A stretch of 64,000 nucleotides of DNA from Bacteroidaceae bacterium (GTDB taxonomy: Bacteria; Bacillota; Clostridia; Lachnospirales; Lachnospiraceae): positions 6,076-70,075 of the forward strand of contig CAVJLN010000010.1 in assembly GCA_963650485.1 (NCBI GenBank). Direction: 5' to 3'. Both the position numbers and the translations under genes were made by a program. Positions within the stretch are counted from its first letter, which is position 1. Every line of letters starts with the position of its first letter. A model generated the notes under the pieces. That model ran no database searches. It was not told the DNA's origin and saw only the letters and a program-made list of their open reading frames with translations. Positions 40,571-51,517 of the stretch are shown piece after piece.

Positions 40571-41992
40571 CTACTCTGCATTATTAATCTCTGCCAGATA
40601 TGTCTCCGCCCGGCTTGCCCTCTCGGTATCCGGGAAGTTATCAATGACCTGTGCATAGACTTCCTTCGCTTTATCCTCCTGATTATTTCGTCTGTAGGAA
40701 TTCCCAAGATAGAACAGGGCCTCGCCGTTCGTATTGTCATAACGGTATGCACGCTCCAGATCCGGAATTGCTGCCTCATAGTCCTCTGCCCGGTAATTGT
40801 CGTAGCCACGGTTATAATAAAATGTGGCTAGCTGGGAACCTGTTGCCGTCATCAGATCCTCATATAAGGTCTTGAACGAATCGGTCTTATACTTTTCGAA
40901 ATCCTCACTCTGCTCTTCGGTTTCCAAAGCCTCCATGTAGGTGGCAATACCTTCAATATCCGTATTGTCCTTCAGATAGACATCGACCGCCATCATCAGT
41001 GCATCCGAAGCCCGCAGTGTTCCATCCGTTCCTTCATAAGAACCAAGCTCCTGCTGCAGCTTCGTATTGTCCTCGGTCAGTTTCGTTACCTGCTGCTCAA
41101 GCTCGTCTATCGTAGCAGTCTTTGCATCCGACTGTTCGCTGACGGTACGCAGCTCGTCATTGATGTTGGCCTTCACACTCTGGATCCGTGCCGGCAGAAT
41201 TAAGCATAACGCAATTGCGACACCGATCACCACACCGATCCCTAAATTCAACAGGGAAGAAACTCCCTTGTTTTCTTTCATCTTCACCGGCTGGATAATC
41301 GTTTCATTCCCGCTCTGGTAACGAACCACTCCATTCGAAGCAACCTTCTTCTGGATGTTCTTCGCTCCCTCTTCCGGTGCCAGCATCCGATCCACTTCCT
41401 GCATGTATCGGAGTGTCATCGTATTGTTCGTATCAATCTGGGCGCATTTCAAAAGCTCCTTATGCGCTTTCTCCCATTCCTCTGCATCAATATAAAGCAG
41501 AGAAAGCAGCTGATGTGCACGGAGATACTTCGGATTGACCGAAAGAATCTTCTTAAGCTGGATAATCGCCAGATCCTTACTGTCCTGATAACAGTATACT
41601 AATGACTGGTTGTATTTCTTCAATGTCTGATTGAACCCGTCAAGTCTTGCCTGGTTCGTCTGTAACAGATTAATATAATCATCTGCAATATTCTTGTTCG
41701 GCCGGAGATTCTTGCTGATGACCCACTGGCCTAACGCCTCAACCACCTCACCGATTTCAAAATAGATCAGTCCCAGTAAATTCCGGGCATCGATATTATT
41801 CTTATTAAATTTCAAACTCTGCCGCAAGCTGTTCATAGCTCCGGATAAATCCCGGACGGCTGCTTTCTCAAGACCATCATTGTAAAAGCGGTTCGACATG
41901 AACATGATCCGCTTATATAAGCCTACATCTGCGCCACATCCGGTACAAAAATCCTTCTCTGACAAACGGCATCCACAACGATAACAAATCAT
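40571..41992 (-). CDS. Zinc-ribbon + TPR + single-TM + coiled-coil + TPR membrane protein
   Basis: CxxC...CxxC N-terminus, TPRs, TM LGIGVVIGVAIALCLIL, C-terminal EALFYLGNSY...VIDNFP. Confidence 0.8.
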   Translation of the reverse strand: MICYRCGCRLSEKDFCTGCGADVGLYKRIMFMSNRFYNDGLEKAAVRDLSGAMNSLRQSLKFNKNNIDARNLLGLIYFEIGEVVEALGQWVISKNLRPNKNIADDYINLLQTNQARLDGFNQTLKKYNQSLVYCYQDSKDLAIIQLKKILSVNPKYLRAHQLLSLLYIDAEEWEKAHKELLKCAQIDTNNTMTLRYMQEVDRMLAPEEGAKNIQKKVASNGVVRYQSGNETIIQPVKMKENKGVSSLLNLGIGVVIGVAIALCLILPARIQSVKANINDELRTVSEQSDAKTATIDELEQQVTKLTEDNTKLQQELGSYEGTDGTLRASDALMMAVDVYLKDNTDIEGIATYMEALETEEQSEDFEKYKTDSFKTLYEDLMTATGSQLATFYYNRGYDNYRAEDYEAAIPDLERAYRYDNTNGEALFYLGNSYRRNNQEDKAKEVYAQVIDNFPDTERASRAETYLAEINNAE

Positions 41993-42002
41993 GCCGCTTC
42001 TC

Positions 42003-42149
42003 CTATTCCTCTGAAGGCTTCATTTTATCAATCATCTTAATCAAAATATCTGCCATATCTGTTAAATCCTGATTAAATATGGCATCTTCTGCATCCTCAA
42101 CCTCAAGGCTCGGATGGAATTTCTTTAATTCCTCTTCAAAATTAATCAT
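42003..42149 (-). CDS. Small acidic protein, 48 aa (not in the ORF track)
   Basis: MINFEEELKKFHPSLEVEDAEDAIFNQDLTDMADILIKMIDKMKPSEE*; AAGGAG RBS inside the folC end; fills the folC-TPR gap. Confidence 0.75.
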   Translation of the reverse strand: MINFEEELKKFHPSLEVEDAEDAIFNQDLTDMADILIKMIDKMKPSEE

Positions 42150-43452
42150 CCGGTGTTCTCCTTATTAAGGTCTTTATCTGACCTACCAAATACAATGACC
42201 CGGCAATATAAATTGTATCTGCTTCTTTCTGTATGGATTGTATATAGTGAAATGCTTCTTCTGCGCTTTCATGAAAGCTGCAATCGGCAGTTTTATATTG
42301 TGCCCAGGCAACCTTAAGTTTATCAATAGAAGCACTTCTGTCCGATGCAAGCACCGTGACCGCAATATGGGAAAAAAGATCGGATGCGGCAATTGCGCCA
42401 ATCATCTTATCATACTGCTTGTCCGCAACAACGCCGAACAATAACAGCCGCTTCCCTTTCCCATGCTCTTCCTTCTCTGATGCCGAAACAGACTGAAGAA
42501 ATGCTTCGATTCCGTCTTCGTTATGCGCCCCGTCCAAAAAAACATGGGGAAGGATCTCTTCCATCCGCCCCGGCCAGAACGCGTCATATAATCCCTTCCG
42601 GATTGCCTCATCGTCAATCCGTTCTTCCTTTAACGAACGTGCCGCAGCCAATGCCACAGAGGCGTTCTCCGTCTGATAAGCTGCCGTCGTCTGAAGGATC
42701 AGGTTATCATATCTATAATACCCATTACCGAAAGAAAAATCAATGCTTTTCTTTCGCATAATCGGACGCCCGATCTGACTTTTTTTGACAGCAATGGCAG
42801 GCGTTTCTCGTGCCGCTGCCGTCTGCTCGATCACCCGGCTCGTTTCTTCCCGCTTATCCAGATAAACAACCGGTGTTCCGGGCTTAATAATTCCTGCCTT
42901 TTCCCCTGCAATTTCCACAAGGGTATTCCCAAGATACTGCATGTGGTCAAATCCGATTTCCGTAATCACACAAAGCTTTGGCTTCGCGATACAGTTCGTT
43001 GCATCCAGCCTGCCGCCAAGTCCGGTTTCCAGAATGATATAGTCCGGTTCCTTTTCCTTAAAATAACACATTGCCATCAGAAACAAAAACTCAAAAAAGG
43101 AAGGATGCTTCTCCTTCTGCCTGTCACTTACTTCCCTGACAAGCTCGAATACATTTACAAACGCTTCTTCCGGGATCATTTCTGCATCATACTGAATGCG
43201 CTCCCGCATGGTTTCAAGGTGCGGAGAAATGAACATTCCCACATGAAAGCCTGCCGCGCGCAGGATGGACTGCAAGTAGGCACAAACGGAACCCTTTCCG
43301 TTTGTGCCTGCTACGTGAATGATTTTACTTTCTATTCTGCTTCCTGTAAGCTGCCCTAACATTTCCTTTGTATCTGCCAGCGTATGCTTGCCGGCAAACT
43401 TCGGAATGTTAAGAATATACTCACAGGCCTCTTCATAGGTTACCTGTCCCAT
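42142..43452 (-). CDS. folC: Folylpolyglutamate synthase/dihydrofolate synthase
   Basis: HVAGTNGKGS, SPHL, ETGLGGRLDATN, EKAGIIK, LDGAHN, GSLYLVG. Confidence 0.95.
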   Translation of the reverse strand: MGQVTYEEACEYILNIPKFAGKHTLADTKEMLGQLTGSRIESKIIHVAGTNGKGSVCAYLQSILRAAGFHVGMFISPHLETMRERIQYDAEMIPEEAFVNVFELVREVSDRQKEKHPSFFEFLFLMAMCYFKEKEPDYIILETGLGGRLDATNCIAKPKLCVITEIGFDHMQYLGNTLVEIAGEKAGIIKPGTPVVYLDKREETSRVIEQTAAARETPAIAVKKSQIGRPIMRKKSIDFSFGNGYYRYDNLILQTTAAYQTENASVALAAARSLKEERIDDEAIRKGLYDAFWPGRMEEILPHVFLDGAHNEDGIEAFLQSVSASEKEEHGKGKRLLLFGVVADKQYDKMIGAIAASDLFSHIAVTVLASDRSASIDKLKVAWAQYKTADCSFHESAEEAFHYIQSIQKEADTIYIAGSLYLVGQIKTLIRRTPDD

Positions 43453-43494
43453 AGCTCCTGCCTGATGCTTACTGTTTATTCGTTCCTACAACGC

Positions 43495-46173
43495 CTATTT
43501 CTTAAGCTGTGCAAGACGTTCCTTTACCTGCTCCATCATCTGGGTATACTTTGAAAGCTTCTCACGCTCTTCTGCCACCTTGGCTTCCGGAGCCTTGGAC
43601 ATGAAGCGCTCATTGTTCAGCATGCCGTTGACACGGGCAAGCTCTCCAGTAAGACGCTTCTCTTCCTTTTCGAGACGCTCGATTTCCTGCTGCAGATCCA
43701 CAAGCTCTGCAAACGGCATATAAATCGTTGCATTCGGGATCACAACGGATACCGCATCCTCCGCAATACCGCTCTTATCCTTCTGGATCATGACTTCGGA
43801 GGCGTATGCAAGCGGTGCAAAGAACAGCTTCCCTTCTTCAAAGGCGCGGATCACGTCTTCCTTTTCACTTACCACATAAATGCTTGCCTTCTTGCTCGGC
43901 GCTACGTTCATGCCGGTACGCACATTACGGATGCCACGGATGGCTTCCTTCAGAATCTCAATGTCCTTTTCTTCCTTCGGGAATGCCCAGCCAGCCGTAA
44001 ATTCCGGCCATCTGGAAATCATAATGGATTCTTCCTCGGACTGTAGGGTACAGAAGATTTCCTCTGTAATAAACGGCATATAAGGATGAAGCAGCTTTAA
44101 TGCATTGATTAATACATTCTTCAACGTCCAGAGTGCTGCTGTCCTGCTTTCCTTGTTATCGGAATTGTACAGACGGGGCTTTACCATTTCAATATACCAG
44201 TCACAGAATTCATCCCAGATGAAATCGTATACCTTCTGAACGGCAATGCCAAGCTCGAAGCTGTCCATATTATCGGTAACCTCTTTTGCAAGGGTATTGA
44301 CCCTGGAAAGGATCCATTTATCTACCGGCTCTAAAGCAAGTGTGGAAAGCTCCACATCGGAAGCCGGAATTACGAAATCATCCGTCATATTCATCATAAT
44401 GAAACGGGATGCATTCCAGATCTTGTTTGCAAAGTTTCGGCTGGATTCTACTCTTTCATAGTAAAAACGCATATCATTACCGGGCGCATTACCGGTAATC
44501 AGGGTAAGACGCAGCGCATCTGCGCCATACTGGTCAATAATCTCCAGCGGGTCGATACCATTTCCGAGGGATTTACTCATCTTCCGTCCCTGGGAATCCC
44601 GAACCAGACCGTGGAACAATACGGTCTTGAACGGACGCTCGCCCATCTGCTCATAACCGGAGAAAATCATGCGGATTACCCAGAAGAAAATAATATCATA
44701 TCCGGTTACCAGTACATCGGTCGGATAGAAATATTTGAGGTCTTCGGTCTGCTCCGGCCAGCCTAAGGTTGAGAACGGCCATAATGCAGAAGAAAACCAC
44801 GTATCCAGAGTATCCGGATCCTGTGTAAAGTGGGTGCATCCACACTTCGGGCAGACTTTCGGCATTTCTTTGGCAACCACAATTTCCCCGCACTCATCAC
44901 AGTAGTAAGCCGGAATCCGGTGTCCCCACCAGAGCTGACGGCTGATACACCAGTCACGGATATTGTCGGTCCAGTTAAAATAGGTCTTTTCCATACGCTT
45001 CGGAATCAGCTCGATCTCGCCATTCTTAACGGCTTCTACCGCAGGCTTAATGAGCTCATCCATCTTTACGAACCACTGCTGCTTGATCATTGGCTCGATG
45101 GTTGTCTTACAACGGTCATGTGTACCGACATTGTGGCTGTAATCCTCAATGCGTACTAAAAGTCCCATCTCATCCAGTTCTTTTACAATGGCATCTCTTG
45201 CTGCATAGCGGTCCATGCCCTCGAACTTGCCGCCGTTTTTATTAATGGTGGCATCATCATTTAAAATATTGATTTCCGGAAGGTTATGACGCTTTCCGAC
45301 CTCAAAGTCGTTCGGGTCATGTGCCGGAGTAATCTTAACTACACCGGTACCAAATTCCATATCTACATAGGAATCGGCAATCACCGGGAGTTCACGGTTT
45401 ACAATCGGAAGAAGAAGTTTTTTGCCAACCAGATCCTTATAACGATCATCATCCGGGTTTACAGCAACTGCGGTATCACCCAGCATGGTTTCCGGACGTG
45501 TGGTTGCAAACTCAATAAACTTCGTTGTGCTTACACTTCCGTCATCCTCAATCAGAGGATACTTAATGTGCCAGAAATGGCCTGCCTGCTCCTCATACTC
45601 TACCTCGGCATCGGAAATGGAGGTATTACATACCGGACACCAGTTGACAATACGGCTGCCCTTGTAAATCCATCCCTTTTCATGCATCTTGCAGAATACT
45701 TCGGTAACGGCCTTGTTACAGCCCTCGTCCATGGTGAAACGTTCTCTGTCCCAGTCACAGGAAGAACCTAATTTCTTTAACTGCTCGATGATTCTTCCAC
45801 CGTATTCCTTCTTCCATTCCCAGGCTCTCTCAAGGAAGCCTTCTCTTCCCAGATCATGCTTGTCAATGCCCTGTTTCTTCAGGGTTTCGATGATCTTGAC
45901 CTCGGTTGCAATACTTGCATGGTCGGTTCCGGGCTGCCACAGTGCGTTGTAGCCCTGCATTCTCTTATAACGGATCAGAATATCCTGCATGGTGTTATCC
46001 AGTGCATGTCCCATATGGAGCTGTCCGGTAATATTTGGGGGCGGAATTACAATCGTAAACGGGGTCTTGCTGTGATCTACTTCTGCATGAAAGTACTTCT
46101 TTGCAAGCCACTTGTCATAAATACGATCTTCCATTTCTTTGGGGTCGTAGGTCTTTGCCAGTTCTTTGCTCAT
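43495..46173 (-). CDS. valS: Valine--tRNA ligase
   Basis: [13 protein letters not shown] (HIGH), [18 protein letters not shown]-terminal coiled coil. Confidence 0.98.
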   Translation of the reverse strand: MSKELAKTYDPKEMEDRIYDKWLAKKYFHAEVDHSKTPFTIVIPPPNITGQLHMGHALDNTMQDILIRYKRMQGYNALWQPGTDHASIATEVKIIETLKKQGIDKHDLGREGFLERAWEWKKEYGGRIIEQLKKLGSSCDWDRERFTMDEGCNKAVTEVFCKMHEKGWIYKGSRIVNWCPVCNTSISDAEVEYEEQAGHFWHIKYPLIEDDGSVSTTKFIEFATTRPETMLGDTAVAVNPDDDRYKDLVGKKLLLPIVNRELPVIADSYVDMEFGTGVVKITPAHDPNDFEVGKRHNLPEINILNDDATINKNGGKFEGMDRYAARDAIVKELDEMGLLVRIEDYSHNVGTHDRCKTTIEPMIKQQWFVKMDELIKPAVEAVKNGEIELIPKRMEKTYFNWTDNIRDWCISRQLWWGHRIPAYYCDECGEIVVAKEMPKVCPKCGCTHFTQDPDTLDTWFSSALWPFSTLGWPEQTEDLKYFYPTDVLVTGYDIIFFWVIRMIFSGYEQMGERPFKTVLFHGLVRDSQGRKMSKSLGNGIDPLEIIDQYGADALRLTLITGNAPGNDMRFYYERVESSRNFANKIWNASRFIMMNMTDDFVIPASDVELSTLALEPVDKWILSRVNTLAKEVTDNMDSFELGIAVQKVYDFIWDEFCDWYIEMVKPRLYNSDNKESRTAALWTLKNVLINALKLLHPYMPFITEEIFCTLQSEEESIMISRWPEFTAGWAFPKEEKDIEILKEAIRGIRNVRTGMNVAPSKKASIYVVSEKEDVIRAFEEGKLFFAPLAYASEVMIQKDKSGIAEDAVSVVIPNATIYMPFAELVDLQQEIERLEKEEKRLTGELARVNGMLNNERFMSKAPEAKVAEEREKLSKYTQMMEQVKERLAQLKK

Positions 46174-46207
46174 TATGTTCTCCTTTTCTGTTATACTGAT
46201 ATATGTT

Positions 46208-46366
46208 CTCTAAGTTCTGCCTTCACTTTCAGCTCGGCTTCACTAAGTGCTCTACATGTACCTGATGCACTAAACTCGGGCTGCGCCTTCGGCTTGCTCT
46301 CGTTAAGTGCACTGGTACCGTTCGCACTAAATTCGAACTTCGCCTCCGGCTCGTTCTCACTAAGTG
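46208..46366. repeat. Tandem array of 3 hairpin units, array 2 (same family as 6101-6300)
   Basis: 42-nt units at 46208-46249, 46268-46309 and 46325-46366; linkers of 18 and 15 nt. Confidence 0.9.
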
Positions 46367-46374
46367 CTCTACAT

Positions 46375-46645
46375 GAAAGAACCCTCTACAGAATTACTTC
46401 TGTAAAGGGCGTCATTTTACGCGGTACCACCTTTGTTTTTCACTCAAAACACTTCCATCCATCTGATTGAAAGCGTTATCCTTTAACGGGGATCAGCCGT
46501 GAGAACTTACCGGCTGTTGCTGCCATGCCCTTCGGTTCTCCGGTTCCAAAGCTACCTTCCCTGCTGCCTGACCGGATATTCTTTCAGCCGATGGAACATC
46601 CTCTCTGATGCCGGAATAAACAGGTACTCCTCTTTGTCACTACCT
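46375..46645 (-). ncRNA. T-box riboswitch (Val, GUA specifier) with terminator
   Basis: AGTA and AGAGA...GCTGA stem I motifs, GAAG-GTA-G specifier, T-box AAAGGTGGTACCGCG, terminator CCCTTTACAGAA...TTCTGTAGAGGG. Confidence 0.92.
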
Positions 46646-46665
46646 TTTCAAAACTTATTACATCT

Positions 46666-46694
46666 ATCTTAGTCGGGTGTCAGAAGATTGTCAA
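46666..46694 (-). promoter_or_regulatory. Sigma-A promoter of the valS leader
   Basis: TTGACA-17 nt-TAAGAT. Confidence 0.8.
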
Positions 46695-46799
46695 GTGTTT
46701 TGTCGCCTGCATCTCCTGCGCGTCTTATCCTGTGCAATCGAGCGCATAATCAGATTCCGATCCTCCGGTGAAAACATTCCCACGCAGACCGACAGGTCT

Positions 46800-47675
46800 C
46801 TATATTTCTATGAAATAAGAGGCTGTCCATATGCCTTGGCCGTTCAGTTCATTTTCCCAGGCACGATCCTTCAGTTCTCCTTCATAGCCCTCACTGTCGC
46901 AGCGTCCATACCAGGGCTCAATGCAGACAAAAGGCGCATTTTTCTTCGGAGGAGACCAGATTCCAAATAACGGCGCTGCCATGCGGATCGTGAGATACGG
47001 CGTTCCGTCTGCATAACACAACGCTGCCAGCTGTGCCTGATGATGCTCAATCACCAGTGCATCGTCATCAAATAAATGCTCTGTAATCGGAAGAATGCCA
47101 TCCTTCAGCTCATAGGACACCTTCGTATCGGTTGCCATTCCCTCTTTGCTTAACTGCGTGCTGACAACCTGCTTTTGCTCATCAAATTTCAGAACATAAT
47201 CGGTCTGCTTTGTTCCTTCCTTTAACGGACAGTTAAATGCCGGATGCCCACCGATCGCAAAATACATCGTCTCATCCGAAGGATTTTCCACCTGCCAGCA
47301 GACCTCCACACTATTTTCTCCAAGCTTATAACCAAGCTTTAACACGAACGCGTAAGGATATTTCTGCAGGGTTTCCTCATTGCTTTGAAGCTCAAACCAG
47401 ATTTCCGTTTCAGATCGGCTTACCAGTTTAAATTCCATATCCCGTGCAAAGCCATGCTGATTCATGGCATACTCTTTTCCGTCCACACGATACAGCTTCC
47501 GGTTAACGCCTCCGACGAACGGAAACAGCACCGGTGATGTTCTGCCCCAGAATGCCGGATCTCCCTTCCACATATATTCCTGATTATCGGTAAGCCTTTT
47601 AAGCGACTTTAATTCCGCCCCGTGAGAATCCACCTTAATGGATAGAAATTTATTCTTTAATTCATAGTTTGCCAT
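46800..47675 (-). CDS. Aldose 1-epimerase family protein (LacX-like)
   Basis: GAELKSL, SPVLFPFVG, HGFARD, GGHPAF, FVCIEPW. Confidence 0.88.
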   Translation of the reverse strand: MANYELKNKFLSIKVDSHGAELKSLKRLTDNQEYMWKGDPAFWGRTSPVLFPFVGGVNRKLYRVDGKEYAMNQHGFARDMEFKLVSRSETEIWFELQSNEETLQKYPYAFVLKLGYKLGENSVEVCWQVENPSDETMYFAIGGHPAFNCPLKEGTKQTDYVLKFDEQKQVVSTQLSKEGMATDTKVSYELKDGILPITEHLFDDDALVIEHHQAQLAALCYADGTPYLTIRMAAPLFGIWSPPKKNAPFVCIEPWYGRCDSEGYEGELKDRAWENELNGQGIWTASYFIEI

Positions 47676-47761
47676 ATGTTACCATCTTCCCTATGTTAAA
47701 ATCACTGTGTATCCGTTCCATTGCCTGCTACCCCTCGAGGTCAGATACCTGCTTAAGACAT

Positions 47762-49444
47762 TCAGCCAAAACTGATATCCAGTTCTCTTTCCTTATTTCC
47801 TGCTCCAAACAGATCATATCCGCTAAGAGTCCTGTAATCTACCCAGTCTCTCCACTCCATGGTCTGTTCATTATAGCTTCCCCTTCTTCGTTCCAGAAAG
47901 GCTCCGTTGAGAATCCCTGCAGGCTCTGTATCTGTATTCTCATATAAGCTGTACGCAATGACCATTCCTTTCTCATTCATCCCCAGATATGTGCATTTTC
48001 CCTCATAGGTGGTATACAGTCCCGCATCATAATTCGAATCCTGATACAGACAGATCCACTCACGTTCCATATCAAATCCGAAATAATAATGATCCGTATA
48101 CTGTGTCCCGGAATCGGTATCAAACGTCGTTTCGGTACTGAGGCCTTCTCCCTCATACAGTCCCATAACCTTACTCGGGAAATCCGGACTTTGCTCAAAG
48201 ATCATCTCTTCTAAAGCAGCTGCCACCTCACCCGACGTTCCCTCTGCAATAGCTTCTATCTGCGTCAGCCCGCAAACCGGCTCCGTGATGCAGAAATACC
48301 CTGCGGCAGCTCCGGCATACAGGTTAAGATAGGATACCATTCCATCCTCGGACACGAAAACAGGCACTACGTATTCCCCATACATAATCATCAGTATGGA
48401 GGCATCTACATAATCCTTATATACACCATCCACCTCGTATTCTTTTCCAAATTCCAGATTTCCTGTACCAAAGGCTGACTCCGTCCAGTCATTTCTCTCA
48501 ATACAGACGGTCATTCTTCCGTCCTCGTAAGATACCGTTACTGCATCATCAAACCGCAGCTCCCTGTCTGCACTGGTATGCTCCTCTAATGGTGTCAGTA
48601 TTTCATCATACACACCCGCTCCTGCCATCACATAAACTGGTACAACAACCTGAAGTTCTCCCTGTTCATTCAAATACATCGGAAGCTCCAGCGAAATATT
48701 ATCCTCCTGCAGGGTTTCCATTCTCATCATAAGATACCAGGCATACACATACTGAAGCTCCTGTGTGTCAGTCTGCCCGAGATAGTTGGACTCAAAGAAG
48801 GATTGCATCTCCTGATCCGACTGATATGCTGCAGCCTTCCGTATGTACCGCAGCATTGCATCCTCTGCGCTTTCCCCCTGCCTTGTTTCGAATTCCAGAG
48901 AATGAATCAGATCCCTCTGTTCCATCTTCCTCCCGGTTTTCATATTCAGATTGTAGGCATAATATCTGATGTCCCCCTCAAAAATGCTGTGCTTTGTCAG
49001 AAGCAGACTCAGAATATCTCCGTTCAGGTAAGCCTCATACTCCACCCGACACCAGGCAAAATTCTCCTCTGACAATTCCTGCGTCAGCTCCTGACAGTCC
49101 TCCATGATTTCCCGGTTGATCTCCTTAGCTCCCTCACTGTCCGAAAGAATCTCCGGTACATGATAATCAACTTCAATCAAAGTATCTTCGTACAAAGTTA
49201 CCGTTTCTGTTCTGGAAAAAGCATCCTGCACCAGATCCTGAACCCGAAGCTCCTCCTCCGCATCGGAAGCGGATTCCGTTCCCTCAGAGGACATGGCTTC
49301 TTCTCCTGACATACCCGTCTCGTCATCTGTTTCCTTCTGGTTCTCCGTAACATAGGACATGGTTTTCATCATTCCGCATCCTGTAAATACCAAAACCATA
49401 CACAGCATACCAAGCAGCATTAGCAAATTTCGTTTCATTTTCAT
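47762..49444 (-). CDS. Acidic surface lipoprotein, unknown function
   Basis: FTGC lipobox; E/D/Y-rich. The N-terminal half (EINREI...YEAYLNGDILSL...YNLNMKTG) resembles DUF3298/RsiV-like domains. Confidence 0.65.
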   Translation of the reverse strand: MKMKRNLLMLLGMLCMVLVFTGCGMMKTMSYVTENQKETDDETGMSGEEAMSSEGTESASDAEEELRVQDLVQDAFSRTETVTLYEDTLIEVDYHVPEILSDSEGAKEINREIMEDCQELTQELSEENFAWCRVEYEAYLNGDILSLLLTKHSIFEGDIRYYAYNLNMKTGRKMEQRDLIHSLEFETRQGESAEDAMLRYIRKAAAYQSDQEMQSFFESNYLGQTDTQELQYVYAWYLMMRMETLQEDNISLELPMYLNEQGELQVVVPVYVMAGAGVYDEILTPLEEHTSADRELRFDDAVTVSYEDGRMTVCIERNDWTESAFGTGNLEFGKEYEVDGVYKDYVDASILMIMYGEYVVPVFVSEDGMVSYLNLYAGAAAGYFCITEPVCGLTQIEAIAEGTSGEVAAALEEMIFEQSPDFPSKVMGLYEGEGLSTETTFDTDSGTQYTDHYYFGFDMEREWICLYQDSNYDAGLYTTYEGKCTYLGMNEKGMVIAYSLYENTDTEPAGILNGAFLERRRGSYNEQTMEWRDWVDYRTLSGYDLFGAGNKERELDISFG

Positions 49445-49453
49445 CCTTCCCCC

Positions 49454-50062
49454 TCATTTCCGGATGGTTTCCCCTGTAGTTTCATCCTCTATAATCACAG
49501 CATCTGCATCAATGATCTTTTCACGATTCTTCTTGGTTTTAAATAATCTGGATAGAATCCACATATCGGATAATCCATCATAAATCAGAAATGCGCCGAT
49601 CAGACGGACAACCGTGTCCATAACCGTAAAAGGATTACAGATCAACACCACACCTAACGCAATCGTAAGAAGAGATAACAGCAATGCTACCCACCAGTTA
49701 TCATACCGCAGCTTTTTAAGATCAATGGCCTGCACCCCATTGTGAAGTCCGTGAATCACAATGAGAATACCCACGATCATCGGGATTGCTTTAATAATTG
49801 TGTCGGGCTTTAAGACGATCCATACTCCTATGACGGCAAGCACAATCCCAAGCATCATCATGCTGTGGGACACCATCGTCTTTTCCCGTGTTGCCAGATA
49901 CAGGATGATCTGGATAATGCCGAAGCCTCCGAGTACAATTCCCAGAATCATACATACCACCTGGGTACTCTGTCCCGGCCATACCAGCAGCACGATTCCC
50001 AGAATGACACAGATCAATGCAGACAGGGAATCATTCACCTTCAGACTCTTAATGTAATTCAT
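49454..50062 (-). CDS. HdeD/DUF308 family membrane protein
   Basis: Repeated LGIVLLVWP / GVWIVLKP / GVVLICNP helical hairpins. Confidence 0.8.
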   Translation of the reverse strand: MNYIKSLKVNDSLSALICVILGIVLLVWPGQSTQVVCMILGIVLGGFGIIQIILYLATREKTMVSHSMMMLGIVLAVIGVWIVLKPDTIIKAIPMIVGILIVIHGLHNGVQAIDLKKLRYDNWWVALLLSLLTIALGVVLICNPFTVMDTVVRLIGAFLIYDGLSDMWILSRLFKTKKNREKIIDADAVIIEDETTGETIRK

Positions 50063-50087
50063 TGCCGTTACCTCCTTTTATGAAATT

Positions 50088-50645
50088 TTATTTGTTATGC
50101 CCTGTTCCGGTCTTCTTATTCGTATTCTTATCCTTCTGCTTCCGCTCCCAGACCCGTTTACGGCGGATTGCTTCCACAATCAGATAAAACAGATACCCCC
50201 AGACTGCGCCTAAGCAGTTCAGGATAATATCATCCACATCAAATGCGCCAAACGCACTGAACAGCTGAAATACTTCAATTCCAAGTACGAACACAAAGGC
50301 ATTCAGCAGCATGACAAAAAATCTGCCTGCCTTTTTCCATACATAGGGAAGCAGGAACCCGAATGGTACAAATACCAGAATATTTCCCACCAGATTTTCA
50401 AAGCTGTTCAGCATATATGCATAATCAATATACATCCGGATGGTTTTAAATGGAATGAAATTGGCGGTATCCAATCCCTCCAGAATCACATCCTTACGCC
50501 ACGTTGCCGCAATAGCCCGCAGCTGATCCATCGGATATTTGAAAATAATCAGTTTGATGACAATTAATAAATAAACCAGAAACAAGGCTCGTATCCATCG
50601 TATGTGACGCTGCTTTTCTTCTTCCGCAGCCAGCTTCCTATTCAC
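50088..50645 (-). CDS. VanZ family membrane protein
   Basis: NFIPFKTI, NILVFVPFG, IEVFQ, FDVDDIILN. Confidence 0.87.
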   Translation of the reverse strand: MNRKLAAEEEKQRHIRWIRALFLVYLLIVIKLIIFKYPMDQLRAIAATWRKDVILEGLDTANFIPFKTIRMYIDYAYMLNSFENLVGNILVFVPFGFLLPYVWKKAGRFFVMLLNAFVFVLGIEVFQLFSAFGAFDVDDIILNCLGAVWGYLFYLIVEAIRRKRVWERKQKDKNTNKKTGTGHNK

Positions 50646-51424
50646 GAATAACGAACCTCCATCAGTGTAAGTCCCTTGGCAGGCACAAGCGGCCCTGCCA
50701 TTTCTCTATTTTTACTCTCAAGTATTTCCGGAATCTCTTCGGGACTGCGAAGGTGCATTCCGACTTCGATCAGTGTTCCGGTCAGAATCCGAACCATATG
50801 GTACAAAAATCCATCCCCGGAATAGGTAATCCGGAGCAGATCCAGATCCAGATCCGGTTCCTGCGCCGTGCGCATGACCGAACTGTATTCTTTGGTAAAT
50901 GTAATCTCATCAATGGTACGAACCGTTGACTTCTTACTCTTCTTTGCTGATGTAAACGCTGCAAAATCATGGGTTCCAAGCAGATACCCCGCAGCTCTCT
51001 CCATCGCTTTCACATCGAGTCTATCTTCTATTCTATGGGCAAACCGCCTTTCAAATACATGCGGAAGCTCCGACTGGATCAGCAGATAACAATATGTCTT
51101 CCCTGTGGCATTCAACCGGCTGTGAAACCGGTCTGCTGCTTCCTTTACGGAGATGACTGCAATATCTTCAGGTAGATATTGGTTGACATAACTCAGGATC
51201 TCCTGTTCAGACATCTTCGTATCTGCATGAAAATTGGCAACCTGTCCTAACGCGTGTACCCCTGCGTCCGTTCTTCCGGAACCTTGGATTTCTACGGGAA
51301 CTCCTACCATTTTACTTAAAATATTCTCAAGCTTTCCCTGAATGGTGTTATCCGTGCTTTCCTGACGCTGCCATCCCTTGAATCTTGTTCCTTCGTATTG
51401 AAGAACCATCTTAAAATTCCGCAT
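50642..51424 (-). CDS. truA: tRNA pseudouridine(38-40) synthase
   Basis: YEGTRFKGWQRQ, SGRTDAGVHA, GFLYHMVR. Confidence 0.95.
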   Translation of the reverse strand: MRNFKMVLQYEGTRFKGWQRQESTDNTIQGKLENILSKMVGVPVEIQGSGRTDAGVHALGQVANFHADTKMSEQEILSYVNQYLPEDIAVISVKEAADRFHSRLNATGKTYCYLLIQSELPHVFERRFAHRIEDRLDVKAMERAAGYLLGTHDFAAFTSAKKSKKSTVRTIDEITFTKEYSSVMRTAQEPDLDLDLLRITYSGDGFLYHMVRILTGTLIEVGMHLRSPEEIPEILESKNREMAGPLVPAKGLTLMEVRYS

Positions 51425-51517
51425 CGATTCACCCTTTATCTGTTACATTTCTTTCTACGTAACTGTTTCGTACCCTCACAGTTACGATGTAGAATCCATT
51501 CCTAATTACCGGACACC

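Noticed and set aside
40337..40831. 164-aa plus-strand ORF
   Set aside because: It runs through the inverted-repeat element and antisense to the TPR gene, with no coding signature.
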